IMG/VR virus record: IMGVR_UViG_3300046694_000251
Strand: one strand, 5' to 3'
DNA length: 64,000 bases
DNA from: an uncultured virus (IMG/VR IMGVR_UViG_3300046694_000251)
Lineage: Duplodnaviria > Heunggongvirae > Uroviricota > Caudoviricetes
Under the pieces are notes generated by a model, which did not search any database, was not told the DNA's origin, and saw only the letters and a list, made by a program, of their open reading frames with translations. Positions 27,007 to 38,428 of the stretch are shown here, piece after piece (position 1 is the stretch's first letter; every line of letters starts with the position of its first letter). The position numbers and the translations under genes are program-made.

Positions 27007-27269
27007 TGGCCGAGGAGAAACTGGTGGAGGTCCGCTGCCGGGGGTGCTGGCGGATCCTCGGTGTGGGCAAGAAGGACGCGCCGCTCTACTGCGACGAGAT
27101 GTGCTTCCGCGACTTCCCGGCGGTGTCCACTGAGTCCCGCGACGCCCTGGTGGAGGCGGTCTACTTCAAGGGCCGCTACACCTTCGACCGGCTCGGGGAC
27201 ATGTTCGGCTTCACCCGGCAGCGGGCGCAGCAGATCGTCAGCAAGAGGGACGTCCGTAAGGCTTCCTGA
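27003..27269 (+). CDS. Zn-finger plus sigma-region-4-like HTH regulator
   Basis: CxxC..CxxxC; TFDRLGDMFGFTRQRAQQIV. Confidence 0.7.
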   Translation: MMAEEKLVEVRCRGCWRILGVGKKDAPLYCDEMCFRDFPAVSTESRDALVEAVYFKGRYTFDRLGDMFGFTRQRAQQIVSKRDVRKAS

Positions 27270-27340
27270 AGTGGTTGTCAAGCCATAATTACAAAGCCGT
27301 AGCCAGAAACGCCTAATCTCGAATCCGTAATAGAAACGGA

Positions 27341-28930
27341 TTGGGGTTAGGCGTGTCTGCTGTTACGGAGGATGTTGAGTTCGACGACGCGATCAGCGAC
27401 GAGACCGAGGCGGAACATCAAGCCCGGCTCGACACCGAGGTACTTCTCGACCAGACCAGCCAGCAGTTCGTGGACGAACTGGTCGCCAAACTGCTGGTCA
27501 TCGTCGATGAAGTCTCCGGCCACCCGCTGCGCCCCTACCAGCGCCCCTTCGCGGCCCGTCTGATCGAGTCACTGATCATCGACGACGGCGCCACCATCAC
27601 CGCGCTGTTCAGCCGCCAGTCCGGCAAGTCCGAGACCGTGGCCAACTGCGTCGCCGCCTGCATGATCATGCTGCCGAGGCTGGCGAAGATATTCCCGGAC
27701 CTCCTCGGTAAATTCAAGGAGGGTCTGTGGGTAGGTGCATTTGCGCCGGTGGAGGAGCAGGCCGATAACCTTTACGGCCGAATCGTGGCCCGCCTCACCA
27801 GTGAACATGCCCTGGAAATCATGGCGGACCCGGAAATCGACGAGACCGTCCAGGGCAAGGGCCGCTCCATTACCCTCAAGCGATCCGGGTCCCTCGTCCG
27901 AAAGCAGACCTGTCACCCTCGCGCCACCATTGAAGGCCGCACCTACCACCTCATTCTCATTGATGAGTGCCAGGGCGCCGACGCCAAGATGGTGAACAAG
28001 TCGATCGGCCCGATGGGTGCCTCGACGAACGCGACCATGGTCTTTACCGGCACGCCCACCTATGAGAAGGGCGTGTTTTACAACCAGATCCAGATCAATA
28101 GGCGTACGGCGACCAGACGTGGCGCCCGGCAGAACCATTTCGAGGCGGACTGGAAAGAGGTTTCGCGGTGGTCTGACTACTACCGGAAGTTCGTCAAGAA
28201 GGAACTCCTGCGTATCGGCGAGGACTCCGACGAATTCAAGTTGTCATACAGGCTGATCTGGCTGCTCGACAAGGGTATGTTCACCACCTCCGAGCGGCTT
28301 GATGAACTTGGCGACACCTCGATGCAGATCGTCCCGGCCTACCACTCCAGCCCGATCGTCATCGGCATCGACCCAGCCCGTAAGCAGGACAGCACGATCG
28401 TCACGGCCGTGTGGGTCCGGTGGGAGCAGCCCGACGAGTACGGGTACTTCGAGCACCGGATCCTGAACTGGCTCGACCTCGCAGGAATGGACTGGGAAGC
28501 CCAGTACTTCCGCATCGTCGAATTCGTCCAGAACTACAACGTGATGGCCATCGCGGTCGACGAGGGTGGCGTCGGTGACGTCGTCATATCCCGGCTGAAG
28601 GTCCTGCTACCGCATATCGACATCGTTCCTCTGTCCTCCCAGCGCCCCGAGCAGTCAAAGCGCTGGAAGCACCTCATGGAACTGATGGACCGAGGCCACA
28701 TTTCATGGCCTTCACACGCCTACACCCGGCGCCTCAAGAGTTACAAGCGCTTCCGTCAGCAGATGGAAGATCTGGAGAAGAAATTCGAAGGACCGTACGT
28801 CCTCGCAGAAGCCCCTCGCGCGGCTGACGCACACGACGACTACGCGGACTCCTTGGCTCTCGCTTGTGTCCTCACAAAGGATTACACGATGCCCGAGGTC
28901 GAAGTTTCCAATTCTCCCTTCCAGCGCTAA
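27341..28930 (+). CDS. terL: terminase large subunit
   Basis: Walker A SRQSGKS, Walker B ILIDE, GIDPA nuclease motif, HDDYADS. Confidence 0.92.
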   Translation: MGLGVSAVTEDVEFDDAISDETEAEHQARLDTEVLLDQTSQQFVDELVAKLLVIVDEVSGHPLRPYQRPFAARLIESLIIDDGATITALFSRQSGKSETVANCVAACMIMLPRLAKIFPDLLGKFKEGLWVGAFAPVEEQADNLYGRIVARLTSEHALEIMADPEIDETVQGKGRSITLKRSGSLVRKQTCHPRATIEGRTYHLILIDECQGADAKMVNKSIGPMGASTNATMVFTGTPTYEKGVFYNQIQINRRTATRRGARQNHFEADWKEVSRWSDYYRKFVKKELLRIGEDSDEFKLSYRLIWLLDKGMFTTSERLDELGDTSMQIVPAYHSSPIVIGIDPARKQDSTIVTAVWVRWEQPDEYGYFEHRILNWLDLAGMDWEAQYFRIVEFVQNYNVMAIAVDEGGVGDVVISRLKVLLPHIDIVPLSSQRPEQSKRWKHLMELMDRGHISWPSHAYTRRLKSYKRFRQQMEDLEKKFEGPYVLAEAPRAADAHDDYADSLALACVLTKDYTMPEVEVSNSPFQR

Positions 28931-28938
28931 GGAAAAGC

Positions 28939-30663
28939 ATGGCCGACGATTACTACGGCGACGAGTGGGGCTCCCCTGGCTGGACTGCCCAGGAGCCTTC
29001 CACCGTGATACCGGGTACGAGCGCACCCGCACCCACGCTTCCGGATTCCGTAAAGACAGTCACTGTCACCGGCACCTTCCTCGACGACCGAGGCAAGCCC
29101 GCGACCGGTCGGTTTGTATTCGACCCCTCGACAGATGCCCTCGTCGAGCCTTCCTCCGGAACGACGATCCGGCTGCACCGCAAGACGGTCGAGCTGGTCA
29201 ACGGTCAGATCTCCGAGCCGCTGATCGCTACCGACAACGCCACCCTGTCGCCTCTGAACTTCACGTACAAGGTCAGCGGTGTCGTGTCCGGGCAGTCCCA
29301 GCGCCCCTTCAGCATCGCGCTGCCACATACCACGGCCTCTGTCTCCCTGGCCGCACTCGTCCCGGTGCCATCGTCCATGGGCACCATCAACGTCCCCACA
29401 GGTGCGAAGGGCGATAAGGGCGACACAGGCCCCGCAGGTCCGGCTGGACCACAAGGTACGTCCGGAGCCGACTCGACCGTGCCCGGACCCCAGGGGCCGA
29501 AGGGGGATACAGGCGCTACAGGCGCTACGGGTCTCCAGGGACCAGCAGGCGCGGACTCGACCGTCCCAGGACCTACGGGTCCGCAGGGTCCGCAGGGGCC
29601 GCAGGGAAACCCGACGGTCATCAACGGTAAGAGCGGGGCGACGGTCACCCTCACCGCCTCCGACGTGGGCGCCGATGTGGCTGCTTCCTCCGCTGTTTCC
29701 GCACACACGTCAGCCAGCGACCCCCACGGCGACCGTGCCGACGCCGCCAGCAAGTACCTCCTGAAGACTGATACGAGCGTCACGAACGCTCGCACGCCTA
29801 CTGCGCATGCCTCCAGCCACGCCAGCGGAGGGTCCGATGTAGTCACTCCAGCGGCTATCGGAGCCCTGACGCAGGCTCTCGCGGATGTGCGTTACCTGCT
29901 GCTGACCGGTGGCACGGTGACGGGGACGGTGGCGAGCACTCTCTCCTCGGCATCCGGCACTGTGCTGTCGGCCATCGCCTCGGGAGACACCTTCGACCGT
30001 GTCCGGCTCAATGCCAGCGGTCGTATCGATGTCGGCCCGGGAACCGGCGCCCGTGACACCTCCTGGTACCGAAAGAGCAGCGGTGGCTGGCAGACCGACA
30101 GCGACCTCTACGTGGGTGGCGCCATCACAGGCACCGGATCCTCGTCTATGCCTCCGTCCGCCAACGGTCTGCTCGGTTGGACCTACGACGCGGCAGCGGC
30201 CGTCAACAACATCACGCTCACCGCAGGCAACGTGTTCCTGGCGAAGATCTGGATCAACCGCCCAGGCACCGTGACGAATCTGGCGACCCGCACCGTCAAT
30301 GCCTCGGGCGCAGGCCTGACCAACTCCTACATGGGTCTGTATGACGCCAGCGGAAACCGCCTCGGGGTCACGGCCGACCTGTCCGCAAGTTGGATGGCCG
30401 CCACCGGCAACCGCATCCACCCCCTGACGTCGTCGGCGACGATCAGCGCGCCCGGCTGGTACTACGTCGCCTGGCTCATGGGGGCCTTGACCACGTCCCC
30501 GGGCTTCTCCCGGTCGAGTGGTATCGACATCCAGAACATCAACCTGAGCGCCAGCGCGTACCGCTCTGCCTCCTACAGCAGCGGCCTCACAGCGCTCCCC
30601 GCCACGATCACCATGTCGTCGCTGACGACCTTCAACAGTTACCTCTGGGCAGGAGTCCTCTAA
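28939..30663 (+). CDS. collagen-repeat fibre/minor structural protein
   Basis: Gly-X-Y repeats, [11 protein letters not shown] motif. Confidence 0.8.
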   Translation: MADDYYGDEWGSPGWTAQEPSTVIPGTSAPAPTLPDSVKTVTVTGTFLDDRGKPATGRFVFDPSTDALVEPSSGTTIRLHRKTVELVNGQISEPLIATDNATLSPLNFTYKVSGVVSGQSQRPFSIALPHTTASVSLAALVPVPSSMGTINVPTGAKGDKGDTGPAGPAGPQGTSGADSTVPGPQGPKGDTGATGATGLQGPAGADSTVPGPTGPQGPQGPQGNPTVINGKSGATVTLTASDVGADVAASSAVSAHTSASDPHGDRADAASKYLLKTDTSVTNARTPTAHASSHASGGSDVVTPAAIGALTQALADVRYLLLTGGTVTGTVASTLSSASGTVLSAIASGDTFDRVRLNASGRIDVGPGTGARDTSWYRKSSGGWQTDSDLYVGGAITGTGSSSMPPSANGLLGWTYDAAAAVNNITLTAGNVFLAKIWINRPGTVTNLATRTVNASGAGLTNSYMGLYDASGNRLGVTADLSASWMAATGNRIHPLTSSATISAPGWYYVAWLMGALTTSPGFSRSSGIDIQNINLSASAYRSASYSSGLTALPATITMSSLTTFNSYLWAGVL

Positions 30664-30818
30664 TGGGCGAGCCATCCATGAGCACGTGTTTTCCCTACGA
30701 CGGGGTTTCCGATGCCACCTGCGCAGTGTGCGGAGCCTATGTCATGAACGACCAATGGAACCGTCACGTGAATTGGCACGTGCTGTTGTGGAACGTCGTA
30801 ACCGCACAGCCCGCTTAG
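30663..30818 (+). CDS. small CxxC..H..WH protein
   Basis: TAATG coupling. Confidence 0.45.
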   Translation: MGEPSMSTCFPYDGVSDATCAVCGAYVMNDQWNRHVNWHVLLWNVVTAQPA

Positions 30819-30898
30819 TCGCTACGGACTATTAACAATGCCTTCGTGATTCCTCCTACGCTTGAAGCGTTCCCTCGCTATCAGAAGAGGATTACGGA

Positions 30899-31300
30899 AT
30901 GGCTGGAAATCTCGCACCCGACCCGCAGTTCCAGGAGCGCGTCGGCACCGTCTATGAGCGCAAGTTCGCCGACAACGCCTCCCGGCGCGGTCCTCTTCGC
31001 TTCGAAGAGGGGGTTGCGACCGACACCGACGTCCCGAATGAGTTCACCAAGGGCGTTATGCAGGGGTACCTCACCGCGCCGGGTAGACCCAACCACAACG
31101 CGAACGTCTACGAGAAGTTGCCGCAGGAGACCATGGCCGAGCGAGTTCACGTCGGCTCTGCCGCGTGGGTCGAGGCGCCTACCTTCCTCGGTGAGTTCTC
31201 GCAGGGTTCGTTCTCCGACTACGCGGCGGTCTCCTACGAAGAGGTCGTGCGCAGCGGCAGTCGCTACGAGCGGCTTTCCCCGGCGGTAGTGGACGACTGA
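30899..31300 (+). CDS. hypothetical virion-module protein
   Basis: ORF between terminase and portal. Confidence 0.7.
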   Translation: MAGNLAPDPQFQERVGTVYERKFADNASRRGPLRFEEGVATDTDVPNEFTKGVMQGYLTAPGRPNHNANVYEKLPQETMAERVHVGSAAWVEAPTFLGEFSQGSFSDYAAVSYEEVVRSGSRYERLSPAVVDD

Positions 31301-31303
31301 TCC

Positions 31304-31597
31304 ATGGTTGCGTTCCACGACCGCCGCAGGGCACCGAAGGCGTCCGTTGATCAGGTGCTTCCCAAGCTGCCTCTCTCCAAGGGGGAGACCGTTGGGAAGC
31401 ACCTGATCAACGAGCGTTATCTGGTGCGCGGCATTCCCGTAGAGGCCGAGGACGGTTCCAAGAGCCGCCAGTACGTCCTGCACGAGGTTCTGCCCAACGG
31501 CAATGTCGTGCAGCGCGGTGAGGATCCATTCGAGAGCCGCCGGGCAGCGAAGAAGTCTGCCCGTTCCCTCGCGCCCACGCGCATCGTCGAGATCTAA
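31304..31597 (+). CDS. hypothetical protein
   Basis: Operon position. Confidence 0.65.
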   Translation: MVAFHDRRRAPKASVDQVLPKLPLSKGETVGKHLINERYLVRGIPVEAEDGSKSRQYVLHEVLPNGNVVQRGEDPFESRRAAKKSARSLAPTRIVEI

Positions 31598-31615
31598 AGT
31601 CGGAGTCGTTTACCC

Positions 31616-33337
31616 ATGAGCGGTGCAATCTCATTCGCGAGCCCCAGCATGCGGGCTTCGGGGTCGGACCTTACGGTGTCGATCTCTCCTCTCGGCCTTG
31701 TCGAATTGGCCGACGAGGAGTTTGAGGTGCACGGCCCTCGCCTCAATAGGTACTCCCAGAACTTCGCATACTACCTGGGTCATCACTGGGGATACCGGAG
31801 AGAAGCGGGCGAGGCTCAGATCACGTTCAATTACGTGAAGGCTTTCGCCGACTACATCAACAACTTCACGTTCGGACGCGGCGTCCACTTCAAGAGCGTG
31901 AAGCAGTACGAGCACATCATCCCCGGCCTGCTCAAGAGGGCCTGGGAGGTCGACAACCGCAAGGAGCAGTTGCTGTGGGAGATGGGCCAGCAGGGCGGCA
32001 TCTCCGGCGACTCCTTCGTGAAGGTCGCGTACGAGCCCGGATTCGTAGATAACCAGGGACAACCACACGCAGGGCGCGTTCGCATCCTTCCCCTGAACTC
32101 CTCCTTCTGCTTCCCGGAGTGGCACCCCCACGACCGGGACCGTCTGATCCGCTTCAAACTGAAGTACCGCTTCTGGGCGACCGGCGAGGACGGCACACGT
32201 TCCGTATACACCTACGTTGAGGTGCTGACGGATGACACGATCGAGGAATACCTCAATGACGAGTTGATCGACTCCCGGCCGAACCCTCTCGGCACCATTC
32301 CGGTCGTGCACATCGCCAATTCTCAGGTCTCGGGTTCTCCGTGGGGTCTGTCGGACATCGCCGACATCATCTCGCTGAACCGTGAGTACAACGAGAAGGC
32401 GACGGATATCAGCGACATCATCAATTACCATGCGGCCCCCGTAACGATCATCAGCGGCGCGAAAGCAAGTAACCTTGAGAAAGGCCCACGCAAGGTGTGG
32501 GGCGGACTTCCCAAGGACGCCCAGGTGTACAACTTGGAGAATGGCGTCGATCTCGCTGGGCCGCTTCAGTACCTGGAAATGATCAAGCGCTCGATGCACG
32601 AGATCACGGGTGTTCCGGAAACGGCACTCGGTCAGATGCAGCCCGCGTCGAATACGTCGGGCGTGGCTTTGGCCATCATGTACCGGCCGATGATGTCCCG
32701 TTACGACCAGAAGAAGATGCAGTACTCCGTCGGTCTCCAGAAGATCAACGAACTCATCCTCAAGACGCTGTTCACCTTCGAGCCGGAATCCCGGCTGTAT
32801 GACCCGTCCACCGAGGGCATCATGAAGGATGACCAGCCGCCGATGGTCGACGTTCTCGACCCGATGGCCTACTTCACCGAGTGTGAATGGCCAGCCCCTC
32901 TCCCGGTCGACACCCTCATCAAGTTGAACGAGATCCAGGCGAAGATGTCCATGGGCCTTGAGTCCATGCGCGGAGCCCTCCACGACTTGGGCGAGGAGTT
33001 CCCGGACGAGAAGGTGCGGGAGATATTCGAGGAACAGATCGAGGACGCCAAGCAGCAGGGCGCTCTGCGAATGCTAAAGGCGCAGATCGATTCGACTATT
33101 CTGCAACTGACGGGAATGCCGCCCGATGGGGCGGAGGCGCCTGCACCCCAGACTGATGCCGATGGGAATCCCGTCGGCCCGCAGCCTGGTGGTCCGAATC
33201 CGGTGACGCTTCCCGGTGGTGTCGAACTCGGCAACATCACAGCGCCTGAGATTCAGAAGATGACTAACGAAATCGTGACACAGGCGTACGGCCCACGCGC
33301 TGGGCTTCGCCGCGACCCGGACAAAAGCACCGACTAG
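31616..33337 (+). CDS. portal protein (SPP1 gp6-like)
   Basis: Position; IPVVHIAN, GLSDI and SGVAL motifs. Confidence 0.88.
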   Translation: MSGAISFASPSMRASGSDLTVSISPLGLVELADEEFEVHGPRLNRYSQNFAYYLGHHWGYRREAGEAQITFNYVKAFADYINNFTFGRGVHFKSVKQYEHIIPGLLKRAWEVDNRKEQLLWEMGQQGGISGDSFVKVAYEPGFVDNQGQPHAGRVRILPLNSSFCFPEWHPHDRDRLIRFKLKYRFWATGEDGTRSVYTYVEVLTDDTIEEYLNDELIDSRPNPLGTIPVVHIANSQVSGSPWGLSDIADIISLNREYNEKATDISDIINYHAAPVTIISGAKASNLEKGPRKVWGGLPKDAQVYNLENGVDLAGPLQYLEMIKRSMHEITGVPETALGQMQPASNTSGVALAIMYRPMMSRYDQKKMQYSVGLQKINELILKTLFTFEPESRLYDPSTEGIMKDDQPPMVDVLDPMAYFTECEWPAPLPVDTLIKLNEIQAKMSMGLESMRGALHDLGEEFPDEKVREIFEEQIEDAKQQGALRMLKAQIDSTILQLTGMPPDGAEAPAPQTDADGNPVGPQPGGPNPVTLPGGVELGNITAPEIQKMTNEIVTQAYGPRAGLRRDPDKSTD

Positions 33338-33350
33338 GAGTTCGTCGCTC

Positions 33351-34211
33351 ATGACGCTTAATACCTCGGGCATCTCGGTGCCCGCCGACGCGATCCTCGG
33401 GTACCGCAAGGACGGCCGTCCGATCCACACCATCGCAGGTGGTGCTCCGCAGCCCGGCGAGGGTGGCGACCCCGTTGTCGTCGTCCCGGCCGCTGTCGTC
33501 GAGACGCCTGCCCCCACCCCGGCCGAGGCGCGCTTCACCGCCGAGGACATCCAGCGGGCGCGGTCGGAGGAGAAGGACAAGTTGTACAAGCGCCTTCAGA
33601 CCGTCGAGGACCAGAACAAGAAGTTCCTGGACGAGATCGAGGCCCAGCGCAAGGCGCGCGAGGAGGCCCAGGCCCAGGAGGAGCGCAACCGCCAGGAGGC
33701 CCAGGCCGAGGCGAAGCGCAAGGCGGAGGACGACCTGTCCGCCAAGGACCTCTTGTCGGTCAAGGAGCAGGAGTGGAACACCCGCTTCGAGCAGATCGAG
33801 CGTGAGCGTGAGCAGGAACGCACCCTGTTCGCCAAGGAGCAGGAGTTCAACAACCTCCAGACGTACATTCAGCGTCGCGTTGGTGAGGAGACCAACGAGA
33901 TCGCTCCCGAACTTCTCGACTTCGTCGGCGGTAATTCGCCGGAGGAGGTCGAAGCCTCTATCGCTACAGTCAAGGCGAAGACCCAGGCTATTCTGGAATC
34001 GGTCCAGCAGGCTGCTATTCAGCAGCGTGCTTCCATGCGCGGTGTGAGCCCCACGGGCTATTCCACCACGGGACCAATGGACACCGATCCGGGCACTAAG
34101 TCGTACTCCCTTTCTGACCTCCGCGACATGCCGATGTCGGAGTACGCCAAGATTCGGGGCCAGTTGGGCGTCGGTCAGGCGGCCCAGAACCAGCGTGGAC
34201 TGTACTCGTAA
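33351..34211 (+). CDS. capsid scaffolding protein
   Basis: Charged coiled coil directly upstream of the major capsid gene. Confidence 0.8.
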   Translation: MTLNTSGISVPADAILGYRKDGRPIHTIAGGAPQPGEGGDPVVVVPAAVVETPAPTPAEARFTAEDIQRARSEEKDKLYKRLQTVEDQNKKFLDEIEAQRKAREEAQAQEERNRQEAQAEAKRKAEDDLSAKDLLSVKEQEWNTRFEQIEREREQERTLFAKEQEFNNLQTYIQRRVGEETNEIAPELLDFVGGNSPEEVEASIATVKAKTQAILESVQQAAIQQRASMRGVSPTGYSTTGPMDTDPGTKSYSLSDLRDMPMSEYAKIRGQLGVGQAAQNQRGLYS

Positions 34212-34246
34212 TTCGGTCGAGTACCCGTAACTAAGGAAATCCAAGT

Positions 34247-35233
34247 ATGCCAAGCGCGATCACTGGTACCCCGAACCTGTCGGCTTCTCCGACGAACTAC
34301 TCGGGCGCCAACAGCACTCTCGGTGCGGCCATCCAGACCATTTGGAGCAAGGAGATCTTGTTCCAGTCCATGCCGATCCTTCGCTTCGAACAGTTCGCTG
34401 TGAAGAAGACCGAACTCGGTGTTCAGCCCGGTCTGACGATCAACTTCATGCGGTACAACAACCTGGGTGCGGCCTCGCAGTTGGTCGAAGGTGTGCGCAT
34501 GCAGACCAACGCCCTGTCGGCCTCTCAGTTCAGCATTACGGTCGCCGAGCACGGCTACGCGGTCGCCGTTTCCGAGTTGCTTTTGAACGCGTCTTTTGAC
34601 GACGTCATGGCCTCGGCCTCCCGCCTTTTGGGGAGGAATATGGCTCTCTACCTCGACCAGTCAGCCCGAGACACGTTGCTTCAGGCAACTAGCAAGATCT
34701 GGGGTTACAACAAGTACGCGCAGAGCAGCGCGTTCGGCGTTATGGCCCAGTACTCCAAGGGCACCGCCGCCACGTCCACGGACGGCCTGGACGGCACCTT
34801 CGACTTCACCGCCGCGCTCGTCAAGGACGCGGTCGAGACTTTGGCCACGAAGAATGTGCCGCGTCTCGGCGAGACCTATGTCTGCTTCATTCACCCGCAC
34901 CAGAGCCGTCGGCTCCGTGATGACCCCGAGTTCATCGAGGTCACCAAGTACGCGGCCCCGGGGAACTTCCTTTTGGGTGAGATCGGCCGCCTGAATGACG
35001 TGGTTTTCATCGAGACCACGCAGGTCAAGCAGATCGCCAATGCGGGCGGCAAGACGGTCTACCAGTCCATCTTCCTGGGCGACAACGCCTTCGGTCACGC
35101 GATCTCGCTTCCGGTGGAATTGCGTGACGGCGGCATTCTCGACTTCGGCCGTGAGCACGCGCTTGCCTGGTACGCGATCTGGGGCCTCGGCCTCATCACC
35201 GACCAGGCCGTTCTGATCGCGGAGACCAACTAA
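34247..35233 (+). CDS. major capsid protein (N4-gp56-like)
   Basis: GLTINF, EHGYAV, GEIG..V.FIET and DFGR..ALAWY motifs. Confidence 0.9.
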   Translation: MPSAITGTPNLSASPTNYSGANSTLGAAIQTIWSKEILFQSMPILRFEQFAVKKTELGVQPGLTINFMRYNNLGAASQLVEGVRMQTNALSASQFSITVAEHGYAVAVSELLLNASFDDVMASASRLLGRNMALYLDQSARDTLLQATSKIWGYNKYAQSSAFGVMAQYSKGTAATSTDGLDGTFDFTAALVKDAVETLATKNVPRLGETYVCFIHPHQSRRLRDDPEFIEVTKYAAPGNFLLGEIGRLNDVVFIETTQVKQIANAGGKTVYQSIFLGDNAFGHAISLPVELRDGGILDFGREHALAWYAIWGLGLITDQAVLIAETN

Positions 35234-35380
35234 TCTCTCAGCCCGTCTGATGGCTTAGTTGGTATTCGCGGGCACGCGATCCTGAAGGGTAGGGGAGCGG
35301 ATTCTGGATTACCAGGACCGCTCCCCTTCCTCGTTAAAGTAGTACCGCTTCACATACACGAGACGCACCCGGAGAAAAAC

Positions 35381-35755
35381 ATGCCTGCACGTAATGTCGC
35401 CCGTCCCGGTGACCTCACCGGCCGCAACAAGGCCGCGCTCGCCAAGGAGCACGCCGAGGAACTGAAGGCGCGCGAGAACGAGATCGCGCTCATCAGCGCC
35501 CAGGCCGCAGCCGAACGTGACGACACCGTCCACGAGGTCAAGCCCCGGCAGCCCGAGACGGTCGTGGACACCGTCGTCGAGGTCGCCGACACCATCGAGG
35601 TCGAGACCCCTATGCGGGAGTTCCGCGTGAACACCTCGCTGGAGAACATGACCTTCGGCCACGGCAACCACTTCGACTTCGAGGAGGGCGTGCGCTACAA
35701 GGCGCCGAAGCCCCTCTACGACCACCTGGACGCTCTCGGCTACATCTGGCACTGA
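35381..35755 (+). CDS. hypothetical virion protein
   Basis: Operon position. Confidence 0.7.
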   Translation: MPARNVARPGDLTGRNKAALAKEHAEELKARENEIALISAQAAAERDDTVHEVKPRQPETVVDTVVEVADTIEVETPMREFRVNTSLENMTFGHGNHFDFEEGVRYKAPKPLYDHLDALGYIWH

Positions 35756-35775
35756 TCGGCTCAAGGAGAGCACTG

Positions 35776-36072
35776 ATGAAGACTCGCGCTTCCTCCCCGG
35801 CCTCGGGTGAGGCGTACGTGCTGGAGAACGCCGAGGGCCACGGAGCCGGACTGGGACACCTTCCCACCGGCTCCACGGTCGTCGTGGTCGACGTACACCC
35901 GGCGGGCACCGCTGGCATCGGCCACGCAGGCGAGGACGCCGTCCTGCTCGCGCACGTCCACGACACCCACGTAATCACCGACGAGGGCGACCACGCGCCG
36001 GGCCAGGCGATCCGGCAGTTCACCCTGCACCTGTCCGACTTCACGCGCATGTTCAAGAAGGTTGATGCCTGA
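35776..36072 (+). CDS. hypothetical protein
   Basis: AAGGAG RBS. Confidence 0.65.
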   Translation: MKTRASSPASGEAYVLENAEGHGAGLGHLPTGSTVVVVDVHPAGTAGIGHAGEDAVLLAHVHDTHVITDEGDHAPGQAIRQFTLHLSDFTRMFKKVDA

Positions 36073-36491
36073 TGGCCGGAACGAACCCCACCTGGGCCGG
36101 TAACGCCCTGGACTTCCTCACCGGCCGGGCCGTCGCCTATACCGCGCCGCGTTCGACCTACCTGGCCTTGCTGATCGCTGACCCGACGCAGGAGGACGGC
36201 ACCTACAGCATGACCGCCCTGCCGGAGGTCTCCACCCCGGGCTACGCGCGGCAGCAGGTCGTATGGACCGCACCGTCCGGTGCCCCGATGACCACGGGCA
36301 ACAACGCGCTGCTGTTCTTCGGCCCGTTCACCGCCGACATGACTGACGCTGCCACGTACGCCGCCCTGGTCACCTCCGCATCCGGCACGACCGGCACGGT
36401 CATCTACGCGTGGCCGATCGACAGCCCGCTCCAGGCGGCGACGAACGAGTCCCTTCAGATCGCCGCTGGCGCGCTGACCCTTAATACCTGA
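36072..36491 (+). CDS. structural protein (fibre/decoration-like)
   Basis: YLAL..ADP..EV..GYARQ motif common in phage structural proteins. Confidence 0.7.
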   Translation: MAGTNPTWAGNALDFLTGRAVAYTAPRSTYLALLIADPTQEDGTYSMTALPEVSTPGYARQQVVWTAPSGAPMTTGNNALLFFGPFTADMTDAATYAALVTSASGTTGTVIYAWPIDSPLQAATNESLQIAAGALTLNT

Positions 36492-36504
36492 TCGGAGTCG
36501 CGGA

Positions 36505-37314
36505 ATGGCCACCCTTGAGGACCTGCGGTCGCGGGTACGCAACGAACTGGGCGACCGGCTCACGCCGTTCCGCGACACCATCCGGGGCACCGGGGACGTC
36601 GCCGAGTACGAACTGAGTGCGAACAACGTGACCGGCCTGGAGGCTGTCCAGGTCGTCGGCACCACGCAGACGGTACTCACCTCCAGCGACTACGTCCTGG
36701 ACGCGCTGAATGGCATCCTCACCCTGAACGCCGCGCTTCCTCTGGACGCTCTGCTGCTCGTGTCCGGGCAGTCCTACAGCCTGTTCGCCGACGACGAGCT
36801 GGACGTGTACCTCAACGACGCGTTCGCCCAGCACAACCGGGGCCGGACAGTGTCCGCCCGGTACAGGGATGACAACGGCTTCATCCGCTACAGCGAGGAG
36901 CCCGTCGACTTCGCCACCCTCCCGCCGGAGGAAGACGTCATGGTTGTCATGCTGGCGTGCACGGAGGCGATGTGGGCGCTGGCCACCGACGCGGCGACCG
37001 ACATCAACGTCCAGACCGCTGACGGCACATCGGTCGACCGAGGTCAGCGGTTCGCGCAGATCCAGAAGCAGATCGAGCTGCTCACCGACCGGTACAAGCT
37101 GCTGTGCGAGAAAATGGGCGTCGGCCTGTATGCGATCGAGGTCACCAACCTGCGGCGCGTCTCCCGTACGACCGGGCGTCTCGTTCCGATCTTCCGTGAG
37201 CGGGAGTACGACGACTACTCGCTGCCGCAGCGGGTCCTCCCGCCGATCGGGCCGGGCCACCAGAACGACGACGAGTCCGGCATCCCGTCGCAGACCTGGG
37301 GCGGGTACTTCTGA
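36505..37314 (+). CDS. head-tail adaptor/neck protein (putative)
   Basis: Position between capsid and sheath genes. Confidence 0.65.
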   Translation: MATLEDLRSRVRNELGDRLTPFRDTIRGTGDVAEYELSANNVTGLEAVQVVGTTQTVLTSSDYVLDALNGILTLNAALPLDALLLVSGQSYSLFADDELDVYLNDAFAQHNRGRTVSARYRDDNGFIRYSEEPVDFATLPPEEDVMVVMLACTEAMWALATDAATDINVQTADGTSVDRGQRFAQIQKQIELLTDRYKLLCEKMGVGLYAIEVTNLRRVSRTTGRLVPIFREREYDDYSLPQRVLPPIGPGHQNDDESGIPSQTWGGYF

Positions 37315-37886
37315 TGTCAGTGCCGGGTGCTATGAGTTCCAGCATGACGATCATGAAGGCGTGCTCCAAGTGCAAGGAAGAGAAGCCGGTTTCGGAGTTC
37401 CATCGGCAGACCCGTTCCGCTGATGGGAGACACCCCTACTGCAAACCTTGCAAGGCCGGGTACGCATCTGATCGCCACTGGCGTAATCGCGACGTCGAGC
37501 TGGAGCGCATGCGCCAGTGGAAACAGACCAACCGCGAACATGTTCTGGCTAAGGCCAAGGAGTGGTACGAGCAGAACTCCGAGCACAAGCGGGACACCGA
37601 TCACCTGCGTATCCAGGAGAAGCGGTCCCTGATCCGACTCCTCAAGGCCCGCCCCTGCGCGGACTGTGGCGGTTCCTTCCCACCCATCTGCATGGACTTT
37701 GACCACGTCGGAGACGACAAGGTCATGAACGTAAGCAAGATGGGTCGATACAGCATCGAGAGGATCCTCGAAGAGATAGCCAAGTGCGAAGTCGTATGTG
37801 CTAACTGTCACCGACTCCGCACCGCCAATCGCGGCCAGTACACCTCGGCCGATCCGGAAGACCTGGAGGTGCCGGGCAATGTCTAG
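37314..37886 (+). CDS. HNH endonuclease with N-terminal Zn finger
   Basis: CSKC..CKPC; CADC..FDH..CANCH. Confidence 0.85.
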   Translation: MSVPGAMSSSMTIMKACSKCKEEKPVSEFHRQTRSADGRHPYCKPCKAGYASDRHWRNRDVELERMRQWKQTNREHVLAKAKEWYEQNSEHKRDTDHLRIQEKRSLIRLLKARPCADCGGSFPPICMDFDHVGDDKVMNVSKMGRYSIERILEEIAKCEVVCANCHRLRTANRGQYTSADPEDLEVPGNV

Positions 37887-38391
37887 GCTGGACTGGAAGC
37901 GGTCGGGGCGGTTCAACGCCAACTACGAGACCACCGAGATCATGGCGTCCCTACGGGGGCGCCAGCACGAGGTCGGCGAGATGGTCCAGTACTACCGCTA
38001 CTCCCACACCGACCCGGCCGGGGAGAACCTGTACGACGAGGCGACGGGGCAGGGGAAGACCTTCACCGGCCCGTACCGGATCCCGGCCCTGCACATCATC
38101 CACAGCCAGGGCGCCTCGCAGGACACTCCGCAGGGTCTGTACACCGTCGACAACCTCTCCGTCACCGCGTCATTCGACGCGCTGCGGAAGATGGGGTTCA
38201 CCGACCAGGACATCGACCACGGCAAGTACCTCGTCGACCGGATCGTCTATGACAACTCGGTTTTCCGCGTCACGTCCATTTCCGTTCTGGGCCAGATTCA
38301 GAACCGGGACATCGTCGTAGGTATCGAGTGCGTACAGATGAAGCCGGACGAGCTGGTCAACGATGTCCAGTTCAAGCACTGGTCCCAGTAG
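37879..38391 (+). CDS. head closure/neck protein (putative)
   Basis: Position and size. Confidence 0.6.
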   Translation: MSRLDWKRSGRFNANYETTEIMASLRGRQHEVGEMVQYYRYSHTDPAGENLYDEATGQGKTFTGPYRIPALHIIHSQGASQDTPQGLYTVDNLSVTASFDALRKMGFTDQDIDHGKYLVDRIVYDNSVFRVTSISVLGQIQNRDIVVGIECVQMKPDELVNDVQFKHWSQ

Positions 38392-38428
38392 CGGTTTATA
38401 AACTTCTTCGGCTTTCTTGGGATCCTGA

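Noticed and set aside
27271..27282. GTGGTTGTCAAG resembling the L5 stoperator consensus
   Set aside because: Single occurrence; other TGTCAAG/CTTGACA words are explained as -35 elements.
29401..29610. Short nucleotide repeats
   Set aside because: Explained by collagen Gly-X-Y and duplicated GADSTVPGP coding, not an array.
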